A stretch of DNA of 63,277 nucleotides, filler included, from Bdellovibrionota bacterium (GCA_963169515.1; 6 parts of 6 records of this genome joined end to end with filler, not necessarily neighbours in it); one strand, 5' to 3'; shown: positions 26,967 to 37,585, counted from the whole stretch's first letter. Numbers and translations are program-made. Notes: generated by a model not told the origin, from the sequence alone.

Positions 26967-27463
26967 ACTCGTTCAATTTTCTTGATAGTGTTTTGGGCTA
27001 ACCGGGCCAACTCTGTATCGCTGCTTTGTTTCAAAACACCTAATGTTATGGTTCTTTTATCACTATCTAGTCCTTGAATAAAGCGGTTGGGGTGGGCCTT
27101 ATAAAGACCTAGCAAAGCCTTTATTGCGTTGGCAAGGTTGCCATCGACATAAATAGATTGTTCAACCCGAGACTCTTTTTTTTTCTTTGCAGCCTTCTGA
27201 TAAAACTTTATTTTTTCTTTTACGAGAACCCCCGAAACTCCAGGGGCCGTGCCAAACCAGCAGTTTCGTCGAATCTCAGAGTCTCCCTCGCGTTTAATAT
27301 AGGAATAGAGAAGCTTGTTTTTCACCATGCCGCCATAGAAGGCAGTGTTTACCCCGCCAGAGTCCTTGTCCAAGGTTAAAGATACACGCGCCCGTTCATC
27401 AGCTCCGAGGGACAAGCTAGGGCTGAAAAATGTTACTAAAATCAAACTTTTAAAAATATCCAT
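26948..27463 (-). CDS. Hypothetical secreted protein
   Basis: Signal-peptide-like MDIFKSLILVTFFSPSLSLG from ATG 27463. No recognisable motif. Confidence 0.55.
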   Translation of the reverse strand: MDIFKSLILVTFFSPSLSLGADERARVSLTLDKDSGGVNTAFYGGMVKNKLLYSYIKREGDSEIRRNCWFGTAPGVSGVLVKEKIKFYQKAAKKKKESRVEQSIYVDGNLANAIKALLGLYKAHPNRFIQGLDSDKRTITLGVLKQSSDTELARLAQNTIKKIERVCDKQI

Positions 27464-27658
27464 CGCCAATACTTCCCAACTAAGCACGCTTACGAATTCT
27501 CTTAAAAGCATAGCAATCTCAGAGCCTTCCCAAGATGGTGGGTAAGGTATCGAATTTATTAAAAAAACCTTTTCAAATAGAGCGTTAAATCTTAGACTTT
27601 TTACAGGGACGTGGCGCTAATTGCGCGGTCCCCTTATAGCACCAGTGGACGTAACATA

Positions 27659-28588
27659 ATGCTTCGGAATAAGTGGGAAATTTTAAGGCCAGGGGACATT
27701 GTCGATGTTATCGCTCCATCATCGTGGTGTTCAAAAAATGAGTTTAGGCCAGGCATGGAATATCTGGCGTCGTTGGGTCTTGAAATGAGGACCCCTAAGA
27801 ATATTTTCCGCCCTGACTTTATTTATGCTAACTCAATTCAAGACACTATCGAACATTTACGCCAAGCATTTTACAGCCCTGACTCCAAGGCTATTTGGTG
27901 CGCGCGGGGTGGAGCTGGGACCTTTCGGTTCTTGTCGGAATTAAAAAAATGGAAAGTTCCTAGAAAAACAAAAATGTTTATCGGGTTGAGTGACATTACG
28001 ACGTTTCATATTTTTCTAAATCAACATTGGAATTGGCCAACACTCCATGGCCCTATGATTTCGATGCTTGGACTGAAGAAGGCCGTCGCGGCCGAAAGAA
28101 AAGACCTAGAAAGGGTAATTTTTGGAAAAATTCAGACGCAAGTTTTTTCAAATTTGAAGCCCATGAATAAATATGCTCAGCAAGGTCGAATTTTACGGGG
28201 TCCGGTGTTGGGTGGAAATTTATGTTTGTTTCAAAACAGCATGGGCACGCCATGGCAGCCACGGGGAAATGGGAAAATATTATTTTTTGAAGACGTCGAT
28301 GAACGCGGCTACGAGGTTGAACGTATGCTGATGCATTTAGAAAATGCTGGAATCTTCAGGGGCGTAAAGGCTGTCGTTTTGGGTGAGTTTATTGGTGGAA
28401 CTGAAAAATCGGGGAAAAACTTAGTCTATGTTGCCTTGCAAAGATTTGCGGACCGGATGAAGTTTCCAGTTTTAAAAGGGGTTAAGTCGGGTCATGGACC
28501 GTTGGTGCGAACGCTACCTCTAAACACTCCGGCACAGCTTGAAACGGGAAAGCGGGGAGAGCTCATTGTCCACACAGGGGCTAAGTGA
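27659..28588 (+). CDS. ldcA: LD-carboxypeptidase (S66)
   Basis: IAPSS, ARGGAG, GLSDIT (Ser), LFFEDV (Glu) and SGHG (His). Confidence 0.92.
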   Translation: MLRNKWEILRPGDIVDVIAPSSWCSKNEFRPGMEYLASLGLEMRTPKNIFRPDFIYANSIQDTIEHLRQAFYSPDSKAIWCARGGAGTFRFLSELKKWKVPRKTKMFIGLSDITTFHIFLNQHWNWPTLHGPMISMLGLKKAVAAERKDLERVIFGKIQTQVFSNLKPMNKYAQQGRILRGPVLGGNLCLFQNSMGTPWQPRGNGKILFFEDVDERGYEVERMLMHLENAGIFRGVKAVVLGEFIGGTEKSGKNLVYVALQRFADRMKFPVLKGVKSGHGPLVRTLPLNTPAQLETGKRGELIVHTGAK

Positions 28589-29616
28589 TGAGCTTTCGAA
28601 AGCAGCTGGAACGAAAAGCTCGCGGTGTCACACCAGGATTAAAGTTTGTTGCCTACAAGGGGGGCAACAAAAAATTTTCTATCTCATTGGGAAAGACGTA
28701 TGCCTTCTATGATTGGGCATCCGTAACAAAACCAGTATTCGCTATTTCTGCTGTGATGAAGTTGTATGAAAGAAATCCGCAAATACTGGATCAAAAAATA
28801 TCAAACATATTGCCATGGTTCCCAAAATCAAATGTAAAAGTAAAACAGCTTCTAAATCATACATCCGGCTATTTCTGGTGGAAACCCTACTATAAATCTA
28901 TCAACCCAAAATTTACGCCGCAAGATCGCTGGGTTCAACTTCGGAAAAGCCTGCGCAATGAAAGCGTAAAAAAAAATAATGAACCTGTTTATTCCGATTT
29001 GAATTATTTTATACTCGGGTTTGTGCTTGAAGAATTATATAACAAAAACCTTTATGAAATTTGGAATGAGATTAAAAAAGATCTTGGGTTCAAAAAAACG
29101 GATTTTCATTTTTTAAACAAACCGCATCATGCGCGCCATTTATACGCTCCTACAGAGATATGTAAATGGCGCAAAAAAAGAATGCAGGGTGAAGTACATG
29201 ATGAAAATACGTGGTCGTTAGGCGGGATTTCCACCCATTCTGGCCTGTTTGGTCCAATCGATGAGCTTGTCCAGTATGTGTTATTGTTGCGTAAAATTTA
29301 TCGTGGCAAAAGGGGTGAGTTTGTTAAGCCCTCGACAGTTCGAAAGTTTTTTCGTATTTCGACCATAGGCAACAATCGCTGGGCTTTAGGATTTATGATG
29401 CCAGCAAAAATTGGATCGAGCTCTGGCGACTTGTTTTCTAGAAAATCAATTGGATTTTTAGGTTTTACTGGAACGTCGTTTTGGTTCGATCTTTCCAATG
29501 ATTTTTTTGTCGTACTTTTCACAAATCGAGTTTACTATGGACGTGAGAGGTATGGGATTTTAAATCTTCGTCGGTTCGTCCATGACGAAATGTTTAAAAG
29601 ATTCGCGAAGAATTGA
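28585..29616 (+). CDS. Serine hydrolase, beta-lactamase/PBP-like family
   Basis: SxxK in WASVTK, LLNHTSG, YSDLNY, GEVHDEN and GFTGTS. Confidence 0.9.
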   Translation: MMSFRKQLERKARGVTPGLKFVAYKGGNKKFSISLGKTYAFYDWASVTKPVFAISAVMKLYERNPQILDQKISNILPWFPKSNVKVKQLLNHTSGYFWWKPYYKSINPKFTPQDRWVQLRKSLRNESVKKNNEPVYSDLNYFILGFVLEELYNKNLYEIWNEIKKDLGFKKTDFHFLNKPHHARHLYAPTEICKWRKKRMQGEVHDENTWSLGGISTHSGLFGPIDELVQYVLLLRKIYRGKRGEFVKPSTVRKFFRISTIGNNRWALGFMMPAKIGSSSGDLFSRKSIGFLGFTGTSFWFDLSNDFFVVLFTNRVYYGRERYGILNLRRFVHDEMFKRFAKN

Positions 29617-29632
29617 ACCCTAAGATAATATA

Positions 29633-29705
29633 GTGACTCCAAAACCTGGTAGCCATATCCATTTGATGGGCATTTGCGGAACTGCGATGGCTTCGCTTGC
29701 GGGTA
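29633..29705 (+). CDS. mpl: 5' fragment of murein peptide ligase Mpl (missing from the ORF track)
   Basis: Translates GTG-TPKPGSHIHLMGICGTAMASLAG, the Mpl/MurC N-terminal motif. Follows ldcA and is cut by the contig end. Confidence 0.8.
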
Positions 29706-29805
29706 NNNNNNNNNNNNNNNNNNNNNNNNNNNNNNNNNNNNNNNNNNNNTTAATTAATTAANNNNNNNNNNNNNNNNNNNNNNNNNNNNNNNNNNNNNNN
29801 NNNNN
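29706..29805. other. Artificial contig linker
   Basis: 44 N + TTAATTAATTAA + 44 N. Confidence 0.98.
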
Positions 29806-30478
29806 CAAAAGTGAGCATTTCCTGATGCAGCTCATGAAAACCTGCATTTTTCATTAGTTCAAGGAAGGCTTGCCCGTGGGGGAAGTTTTCCACTGTCGCA
29901 TTCAAATAACGGTAGGCTATGCCATCGCCGGAAATAGTTTCGCCAATTGTCGGCAAAATATTTCGGAAGTAAAATAAATAGGGTTTTCGAATCCAGCTTA
30001 TGGCGGGCAGTGAAAACTCTAAAATCAAAACGCGGCCCCCAGGTTTTAAGACACGAAACATTTCATTTAGGGACTTCTGAACATCAGGGATATTTCTAAT
30101 CCCAAATGAAATTGTGACAACGTCAAAAATATTCGGCGAAAATGGGATTTCGCAGGCGTCGCCTTTACGCAACTCTACCTTTGAATCCAATCGCATTTGG
30201 CTAATTTTTTTTCGACCTTCTGTGAGCATACCATCTGACAAATCGATGCCAATAGCCTTTTCGATTCGGTTTGATTTTAACAAGTAAATGATTTGGTCTG
30301 CGGTGCCAGTTGCGATGTCTAACAGTTGAAGGTTGGGTGCTCCGGGCAAGAAGTTTGCCATTTTCTTTCGCCATGAAACATCGATCCCGCCAGACAGGAT
30401 ACGATTTAAAAGATCATACCTGCGCGCAATACGATCAAACATTTTTGGGGACTGAGTTTTATTGTGCTGAAAAGTCAT
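29806..30478 (-). CDS. ubiE: Demethylmenaquinone/ubiquinone methyltransferase, 3'-truncated
   Basis: MFDRIARRYDLLN, LDIATGTAD, ISFGIRN and RVLKPGG. Confidence 0.93.
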
Positions 30479-31632
30479 ATTCCAAGCTCCATTTTTGCAA
30501 TTGTTTGCAATTGCATATTGCTTGTGCCCTCATAAATTTGACCAATTTTCGCGTCACGATAGAATTTTTCTACAGGATACTCTTTGGTAAATCCGTTTCC
30601 ACCGAACATATCAATTGCCATAGAACAAATTTTTTCAGAGCAGATTGATGCATAGTATTTTGCCATAGCGGCTTCTTTGATAAAATCAAGGCCGCTATCT
30701 TTGAGGCGCGCACTGTTGTAAACCATTAGTTTTGCAGCCTCTAATTGAATCCGCATTTGGGATAATTGGAACTGAACCCCTTGAAACTGGGCTATGGATT
30801 TTCCAAATTGCTCACGGGTTTTGATGTACCCAAGTGCAGCCTCGTATGCACCCTGTGCAATACCGATCATCTGTGCGCCGATACCGATTCGGCCTTCATT
30901 TAAAGTTTCAATTGCGACTTTGTAACCTTTCCCCACCTCGCCCAAAACATTGGATTTTGGCACTTTACATTTCTCAAATAATAGTTCGCATGTGGAGCTC
31001 GCTCGAATTCCTAACTTGTCTTCCTTTTTTCCAACAGTGAACCCTGACATACCACGCTCAATTACAAATGCCGTGATCCCTTTATACCCTTTAGTCGGAT
31101 CAATGTTTGCGAACACGATAAAAATATCGGCTTCGTTTCCATTTGTGATCCAGAGCTTGTTGCCTGTAATTTCATAAAAATCGCCAGCGTCTTGTGCCCG
31201 CGTTTTTAATGCAAAAGCATCCGAGCCCGACCCGCTTTCAGAAAGTGCGTACGCACCAACTTTTTGTGCTGCAAGCTGGGGCATGTATTTATCTTTTATG
31301 GACTCAGATCCCCATTTTAGGAAGGCATTGGTTACAAGCGTATTTTGAACGTCGCAAAGAACAGAAACGGACCCATCAACTCGAGCCAGTTCTTCAACTG
31401 CGATGCAGGCCATTGTGAACGTGCTGGCAGCTCCACCATATTTTTCGGGCGACTCTATGCCCATTAATCCCATCTCAAAAAGTTTTTTGACGAGGGTTCT
31501 GTCCATTTTGGATTCGTCATCCATTTTGTTTCGAATGGGTTTGATTTCACTTTCAGCAAAAGAGCGAACAGCGTCTCGAAATGCGTTTTCATCGTCAGAA
31601 AATGTCGTTAGCGCAGGACGTTTTTTCTCCAT
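30475..31632 (-). CDS. Acyl-CoA dehydrogenase (short/branched-chain type)
   Basis: YALSESGSGSD, KLGIRASST, REQFGK and IYEGTSNMQ. Confidence 0.95.
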   Translation of the reverse strand: MEKKRPALTTFSDDENAFRDAVRSFAESEIKPIRNKMDDESKMDRTLVKKLFEMGLMGIESPEKYGGAASTFTMACIAVEELARVDGSVSVLCDVQNTLVTNAFLKWGSESIKDKYMPQLAAQKVGAYALSESGSGSDAFALKTRAQDAGDFYEITGNKLWITNGNEADIFIVFANIDPTKGYKGITAFVIERGMSGFTVGKKEDKLGIRASSTCELLFEKCKVPKSNVLGEVGKGYKVAIETLNEGRIGIGAQMIGIAQGAYEAALGYIKTREQFGKSIAQFQGVQFQLSQMRIQLEAAKLMVYNSARLKDSGLDFIKEAAMAKYYASICSEKICSMAIDMFGGNGFTKEYPVEKFYRDAKIGQIYEGTSNMQLQTIAKMELGI

Positions 31633-31734
31633 GAGGTCTCCAATCGCTGGATAGCGTTAATTAGATTTATTGAAATCATATTTTTATAATAAAAAAATCG
31701 TGAATTGAGTACGAAAAAATACTACTCTTTCCGC

Positions 31735-32151
31735 ATGGATATAATTCGTGTTCTTGTTGCAAAGCCAGGGCTAGATGGTCATGATCGAGGCGCCAAGGTG
31801 GTGGCTCGTGGGCTGCGCGATCATGGATTTGAGGTCATCTACACAGGATTGCATCAAACGCCTGAAATGGTTGTAAATGCTGTCATTCAGGAAGATGTGG
31901 ATGTCGTTGGCCTTTCCATTTTGTCTGGCGCGCATATTGCGCTTGTTGAGTCAATTCATAGAATGCTTAAAGGAAAGGGCATCAAAAAACCCATTTTTGT
32001 GGGTGGAATTATTCCTGGTGATGACGCGAAGCGGTTGAAAAAAATGGGCGTGATGGAAGTTTTCGGACCTGGCGCAACTATTGGAGAAATTGCTGACCGC
32101 ATTCGTGAGGGCCTCAAAAAAGCAAAGCGAAAAACTAAGAGGCCTTCTTAA
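31735..32151 (+). CDS. Cobalamin-binding subunit of a methylmalonyl-CoA mutase family enzyme
   Basis: AKPGLDGHDRG (DxHxxG), GLSILSG and GGIIP. Confidence 0.93.
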   Translation: MDIIRVLVAKPGLDGHDRGAKVVARGLRDHGFEVIYTGLHQTPEMVVNAVIQEDVDVVGLSILSGAHIALVESIHRMLKGKGIKKPIFVGGIIPGDDAKRLKKMGVMEVFGPGATIGEIADRIREGLKKAKRKTKRPS

Positions 32152-33571
32152 AGGTTTTGAATTGTGCCTCGAGAGATTTGAGTACACCTTTTTTCTCGAG
32201 CATTTCATAAGTTTTGGGGCTTGTGTAAATACGAGGCAAAAAGTTGCGGTAGTTTCTGAGAACACGAATCACGGAATTTGAAACATCCACGAGTTGGCGG
32301 AGTTCCCCGCCTGTAGTTAGTACTTTGACTGGATCGCGCGCGAGTAGAGGGTCAGTTTCTTTTTTGTGATCGTATGCTGGGTTTGACATAAACGTAACGT
32401 CTTTTTTGGGAATATCTATGATCATCCAACTATCGGGATTGAGTTGCTTTGTTTCGCCTTCCAACCAAAATGCAGCCCTTTTGGCATTTTCATAAACTTC
32501 GTCTCGGTTTTCAGGCGACTCAATCAGTGTTGGGATAATGGGCGCGCAGTGGATGTGTTTTGGGGCTCGACGATATGCAAGCATTTCGCACAATTCGGAC
32601 ATGACAGGATGCTTTACTTTTTGTGCGAGAAAATCGTTCATCATCGCCATAAAATAAGAATCATTAAAAGTAAAAAATTGAGAAGGGTTCTGAGACATAT
32701 CTTCCATCAGATATTTGAATGAATGAGCCTGATCGTTTTCCAAAAAATATTCATAAATTTTTGCAGCCAAAAGATCAAATTTGTATCCCGTACCATTTGC
32801 GATGATTTGCGAATACCATGAGTAGCGGCAGATTAGAAAGTATTCCACCACTTGAATTGCACGTTCGTCGATGGCAAGAATATCGTGGCCTTTGTATTTT
32901 GTGACTTTAAGTTTTTGAATTAAATAATCACGATCAAATTCGCCGTATTTTACACCGGTGTGATAAGAATCACGTATTAAATAATCCATGCGATCTGCAT
33001 CCATATCTGAATGCATTAGTTGATTTGCCAGTACATTACTCGATTTCCCGGAAATTATCAGCGACAGTTCGCGTGGATCAATCCCTTCTTCTTTAAGAAT
33101 CTGTGTTATGCCCCCAGGAAAATCCGTATTTTGCAAGATGTGGGATCCCAGAGCTTCATGGCTTGCTTCATTTTTTTTCAATGCGGGTGTTGTTTGTTTT
33201 TTCCAATGTTCGAGGTAGGCAATTTCTACGGTGTGCGAAAATGGGAAGGTTCCAATGTCATGCAACATACCTGCAAGTCTCATTGTGCGATGAAATCGTG
33301 TTTGTTCGTCAGTCACGTTAGGGTCAAAAAATTTTTCTTCGGGGACAGCTTTGCCGACTGACCTTAAAATCTTGTCCATGACGTGCAAAACACCCAACGT
33401 GTGTGCAAATCGTGTGTGGGTAGCCCCAGGAAACAAGTAAAAAGTAAACCCCAATTGGCGAACCCATCGCAAACGCTGATAATATGCAGACTGAAGTATG
33501 CGTTCCTCGACTCGGTTGAGAGTTATGTAGCCGTGAATATTATCGAATATGACTTTTTTATGAAGAGCCAT
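32135..33571 (-). CDS. HD-domain phosphohydrolase (SAMHD1/dNTP triphosphohydrolase-like family)
   Basis: DNIHG, QRLRWVRQLG, HTRFAHTLG, LHDIGTFPFSH and DADRMDYL. Confidence 0.88.
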   Translation of the reverse strand: MALHKKVIFDNIHGYITLNRVEERILQSAYYQRLRWVRQLGFTFYLFPGATHTRFAHTLGVLHVMDKILRSVGKAVPEEKFFDPNVTDEQTRFHRTMRLAGMLHDIGTFPFSHTVEIAYLEHWKKQTTPALKKNEASHEALGSHILQNTDFPGGITQILKEEGIDPRELSLIISGKSSNVLANQLMHSDMDADRMDYLIRDSYHTGVKYGEFDRDYLIQKLKVTKYKGHDILAIDERAIQVVEYFLICRYSWYSQIIANGTGYKFDLLAAKIYEYFLENDQAHSFKYLMEDMSQNPSQFFTFNDSYFMAMMNDFLAQKVKHPVMSELCEMLAYRRAPKHIHCAPIIPTLIESPENRDEVYENAKRAAFWLEGETKQLNPDSWMIIDIPKKDVTFMSNPAYDHKKETDPLLARDPVKVLTTGGELRQLVDVSNSVIRVLRNYRNFLPRIYTSPKTYEMLEKKGVLKSLEAQFKTFKKAS

Positions 33572-33636
33572 CGCCCTAGCTTATCGGCAGATGGAATGAA
33601 AAAGCTTTGCCCTGCTCGACTAAAGATTGGTCAGAT

Positions 33637-34455
33637 CTATCTATTTACGAATAAACAGCTGCAGCCTGATGGCAAGGGACGGTTTTGCTGATCAAAGACC
33701 ACCATTTCTTCTGAAATATATTCGCCTTTTCCGCAGAGATCTTCCAATTGGTTTTTTAAAGAGATGGGCGTGTACCCTTGCGAATGGCATGATAACAACA
33801 AAAACGAGAAGTGATTTGAAAATAATTTCTGAATCTTCTGAAGCATTGGGGTCAAGTGGGTTTCAATTTTCCAGATCTGTTTATCTGGTCCTCGGCCGTA
33901 ACTTGGGGGGTCCAAAATAATTCCGTCATATTTGTTTCCGCGACGGAGTTCTTTTTCAATAAAGACATTTGCGTCATCAACAATCCAGCGAATGGTGTCG
34001 ATGTTATTTTCTTTTGCGTTATCGGATGCCCATTTTACCGTACCTTTAGAGGCGTCAACGTGAACCACTTCAGCCCCGGCCTGAGCACAGAACAGGCTTG
34101 AGCCTCCCGTGTAGGCGAATAAATTCAAAACCTTTAGTTTGCGACCGTTGATTAGCTCGCGCATTTGGAGCCAATTTTTCTCCTGTTCAGGGAAAATGCC
34201 CAAATGGCCAAAGCTTGTGAGTTTAAGTGTAAATTTTATGCTGCCAACGTCGACAGTAAGGGGATTTTTGATATCTGGGTTTTGAATTTTCCATTCGCCA
34301 TCACCGTCTTTGCCGCGAATGAAGGTCGCATCAGTCTTGTCCCATTCTTTTTTTAGCTTTGGCGTCCATGTGGCAGAAGCAGCGGGCCTTCGAATTCGAA
34401 AACGTCCAATCTGCTCCAACTTTTCAAAACTTCCTGAGTCGACCAATTTGTACAT
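33637..34455 (-). CDS. SAM-dependent methyltransferase (RlmI/RlmK-like catalytic domain)
   Basis: GHLGIFPEQ, VLNLFAYTGG, HVDAS and ILDPPSYG. Start taken at ATG 34455. Confidence 0.87.
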   Translation of the reverse strand: MYKLVDSGSFEKLEQIGRFRIRRPAASATWTPKLKKEWDKTDATFIRGKDGDGEWKIQNPDIKNPLTVDVGSIKFTLKLTSFGHLGIFPEQEKNWLQMRELINGRKLKVLNLFAYTGGSSLFCAQAGAEVVHVDASKGTVKWASDNAKENNIDTIRWIVDDANVFIEKELRRGNKYDGIILDPPSYGRGPDKQIWKIETHLTPMLQKIQKLFSNHFSFLLLSCHSQGYTPISLKNQLEDLCGKGEYISEEMVVFDQQNRPLPSGCSCLFVNR

Positions 34456-34485
34456 ATCTGGAATAGATATATATCGGAAAACCAA

Positions 34486-34542
34486 AAGGTTCCAGGTTCT
34501 TTTTCCGTCCGGTATCCGGACGGAAAAAGAACCTGGAACCTT
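34486..34542. repeat. Perfect 27-bp inverted repeat with 3-nt loop (REP-doublet-like)
   Basis: AAGGTTCCAGGTTCTTTTTCCGTCCGG-TAT-CCGGACGGAAAAAGAACCTGGAACCTT. Confidence 0.92.
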
Positions 34543-35785
34543 AAAAGAAGTATGCAGAGCCGACCAGAAATGAGAAAATTTGTTTTGATTTATCTATTTT
34601 TTCAAAGACTTGACCTACGCGTTGAACGTCATGGCCACGACCACCACTGTAATAACCGCCTAATGTAAACGCAACTTGGTCTTCCGTAAAGATTGCCAGG
34701 TTGGTTGAAAATCCCCACATATCGATGTGGTCGCCTCGACGCTGGGCCGCCGAATTGACCCGTTCGTGAGATGAGAGATTTGAAAACAACCCAGCTCTCC
34801 AGCGGAGCCAACGATTCAAATAGGCTTCGTAGCCAAGAGCCGCATTAAGTACAGGTTTGTTGTCAATGAAGGTAGCGACTTCGGGATTGTCGATATCGAA
34901 ATATTTTTCCGGACCATAGTAGCTCAAATCAAAGGCTATGGTCTTTAATTTTGAAGGGGTGTAGCTTACCCCAAGCGCAATTTTCAGCGGGATGCGCGTT
35001 TCTGCTTTCACGTCCTCATCTGACATGGATGTGGGCTGTGATTGGGCCGGGGTTTGTATGCTGGAAAGAAAAACCTGTCCAATACCGCTTACCTCAATTG
35101 AAGGTGGTCTAAAGCTAAAGCCCAGCCCAATTTTACTGCTGAGTTGGTTGTAATAACCGAGAATGTAAACAACTGAATTGTGTGTGTGTGATACAGTTTC
35201 TGAAGTGATAATTGCGCCAATAGGAGCTGCTGTTAACTTTTCATCACGTGCCGTGCGTTGATAAAATCGAGAGGTGTAATAAATTGTAAGTCCCAGGCTT
35301 TGATTGTCGTTGAGATTAAGCGCAAGATTTCCCCCGACCCAAAGTGATTCATCTAAAACCTGTAGCGTTGTTTTTGTATCAGAATTATTTTTTAGAAACC
35401 CTGAAAAATAGTCGTAGTCGGGTACAATGATCGAAAGCCCCAGGGCGAACTGTCGGTAAGACAAAATGCTTCCACTGGCTGACGGAATCGACTTAAAACT
35501 TCCTTGGTTAATTTTTTGGGCTGCTTCAACGGTGTTATCGACATCTCCATAATGTGTGTCTATTTTATTATAGAGATTAGCAGAGGCGGATAAGCTCCGT
35601 CCTGGCATCCGTGAAAGTGTGGCTGGATTGTAGTAGGAACTGGCGGAGGGATCACCCAAAATTGCCGTCCCTGTTCCCCCCATTCCCGCCGCTTTTTCTC
35701 CGATTAAAACACTGTTGTAATTGCTGAACGCAGCCCACGTTTGGATAGAAATAAGGCACATAAAGATAGAAATAATTAGCGGCAT
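34541..35785 (-). CDS. Outer-membrane beta-barrel, FadL/OmpP1-like
   Basis: Signal peptide, GEKAAGMGG...YYNPATL and C-terminal aromatic YFF. Confidence 0.75.
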   Translation of the reverse strand: MPLIISIFMCLISIQTWAAFSNYNSVLIGEKAAGMGGTGTAILGDPSASSYYNPATLSRMPGRSLSASANLYNKIDTHYGDVDNTVEAAQKINQGSFKSIPSASGSILSYRQFALGLSIIVPDYDYFSGFLKNNSDTKTTLQVLDESLWVGGNLALNLNDNQSLGLTIYYTSRFYQRTARDEKLTAAPIGAIITSETVSHTHNSVVYILGYYNQLSSKIGLGFSFRPPSIEVSGIGQVFLSSIQTPAQSQPTSMSDEDVKAETRIPLKIALGVSYTPSKLKTIAFDLSYYGPEKYFDIDNPEVATFIDNKPVLNAALGYEAYLNRWLRWRAGLFSNLSSHERVNSAAQRRGDHIDMWGFSTNLAIFTEDQVAFTLGGYYSGGRGHDVQRVGQVFEKIDKSKQIFSFLVGSAYFF

Positions 35786-35857
35786 TACTTAAAGCATCAT
35801 GACATGATAGGGTTTTTCAATCAAAATCTTAAAGAAGAATTTCACGTGGGAGGATTC

Positions 35858-36526
35858 ATGTTTCAAGGCAGAGATCCAATTCAGGCCGCCCTGTTGGCGT
35901 TGATGGTATTTATTCCTCTGTTATTTTCACTTTGCTTTCACGAATTTGCACATGGTTGGATCGCAAAAAAACGGGGAGATCTCACGGCGCAGATGATGGG
36001 GAGATTGACACTTAACCCGATGGCACACGCTGATATCATTGGAACCTTTATATTGCCCTTGGGGATGTTGTTTTTAGGAGCTCCGATGTTTGGTTGGGCA
36101 AAGCCAGTCCCAGTAAATGAACACAACTTGAAAAATCCACGTATCGATATGTTTTGGATTGCTTTTGCAGGACCACTTTCAAATATGCTGCTGGCAGCGG
36201 TCGCAGCGGTCATCTCTGCTGTAACTATTGTGCATTTAAACACCCTTGGTTACGCGAAAGCAATGGTCGATTTTTTTCAAGTCTTTATCCAGATCAATGC
36301 GATGCTGGCGATTTTTAATTTGCTTCCGTTACATCCACTGGATGGGGGAAAAATTCTTGCTCGGTTTCTGCCAGAAGAATTGAATAATAAGCTGGAAGCC
36401 AACCAACATATTACGTCGTGGATATTGCTATTTCTGTTTATGAGCGGGGCGCTTTCCATCATATTCGGCCCCCTTCAACGTGTGGGGGGATTGCTCACAA
36501 CCTTCTTTGTAAATCTGCTCGTATAA
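35858..36526 (+). CDS. Site-2 protease (M50)
   Basis: HEFAH, GRLTLNP, AGPLSN and FNLLPLHPLDGG. Confidence 0.93.
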   Translation: MFQGRDPIQAALLALMVFIPLLFSLCFHEFAHGWIAKKRGDLTAQMMGRLTLNPMAHADIIGTFILPLGMLFLGAPMFGWAKPVPVNEHNLKNPRIDMFWIAFAGPLSNMLLAAVAAVISAVTIVHLNTLGYAKAMVDFFQVFIQINAMLAIFNLLPLHPLDGGKILARFLPEELNNKLEANQHITSWILLFLFMSGALSIIFGPLQRVGGLLTTFFVNLLV

Positions 36527-36652
36527 CCGCAGCTTTTATGCGCTGCAAAATTCATTTTTTTAGAGAAATATTCTCAAAACTTTGGAATTCTAGCACAGAG
36601 TTAGCTCTGGGCTAATACTTGTAACCAGGCAGTTATTAACAGGGATATAGTT

Positions 36653-37585
36653 TTGTCAGTAAACGTATCAATTGAAAAATTTGAAGGCCCTTTGGCCTTG
36701 CTTCTTTATCTTATCCGTAAAGAGGAAATGAATATCTATGACATTCCGATTCATCGCATAACATCAGAATACCTTGAGCATATTAAATTAATGCGCGAAT
36801 TGGACCTAGAAGTTGCCAGTGAATTTATCACTATGGCGGCAACCCTGATTCATATTAAATCCAAGATGCTCTTGCCCCAACACCAAGACGAAAACGGTGA
36901 AGAGTCCGATGACCCGCGCAAGGAACTTGTTTTGCGACTTTTGGAATATCAAAAGTATCAGGATGGCGCCCAAAAACTAAATCAACGCCCATTGCTTGGT
37001 CGAGAAATTTTCCAGCGTGGAGTGCGTGAGGAATTAAGTTTTGTTGAAGATGGCCAAGAAATTGAGACCGAAGAAAAGGGTCTTTTCAATATGATTTCAA
37101 TGTATCGGTATTTGATTCGAGGGATGGAACGTCGGGTGCATAAAGTTATGGTCAAAGCTCAATCCGTCGCCTCTCGAATTTTAGAATTGCGCGATTATTT
37201 AACCCCCGGAAAACGAGTTACACTAAGGATCTTGATTCCGCCTTTGGAAATGGCACGAACAAAGATTGTGGTGACCTTTTTGTCTTTGCTGGAACTTACA
37301 AAAATGGGCTTTACCCAAATTTTTCAATCTGAACCTTACAGTGAAATTTATGTGGACACTTTAATGGAAATTAACCGAAATGTGATTGAACGCGTGGACG
37401 ATTACGATGCGGCTCAATCAGCAAATATTCAAAGCGCATTAGGCTTGAATCAAGTCCAATTGACGGATGATGACATGATCGATGATGAGGTGTCGCCACC
37501 GGCGGCGTCTGACGATGATATTACAAATGCAGAAAATGAATTGGGAATCGATACGAGCTCTAAACTGGACCCGAGCTTGGCGTAA
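36653..37585 (+). CDS. scpA: Segregation and condensation protein A
   Basis: FEGPLALLLYLI, IKSKMLLP and DPRKELVLRLLEY. Confidence 0.93.
   Translation: MSVNVSIEKFEGPLALLLYLIRKEEMNIYDIPIHRITSEYLEHIKLMRELDLEVASEFITMAATLIHIKSKMLLPQHQDENGEESDDPRKELVLRLLEYQKYQDGAQKLNQRPLLGREIFQRGVREELSFVEDGQEIETEEKGLFNMISMYRYLIRGMERRVHKVMVKAQSVASRILELRDYLTPGKRVTLRILIPPLEMARTKIVVTFLSLLELTKMGFTQIFQSEPYSEIYVDTLMEINRNVIERVDDYDAAQSANIQSALGLNQVQLTDDDMIDDEVSPPAASDDDITNAENELGIDTSSKLDPSLA

Noticed and set aside
28585..29616. Possible beta-lactam resistance gene
   Set aside because: It is an SxxK hydrolase between ldcA and mpl. The peptidoglycan-recycling context explains it better than resistance.
3830..32151. Apparent B12 cluster (PduO plus mutase B12-binding subunit)
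   Set aside because: The genes are on different contigs. They are functionally consistent but not linked.
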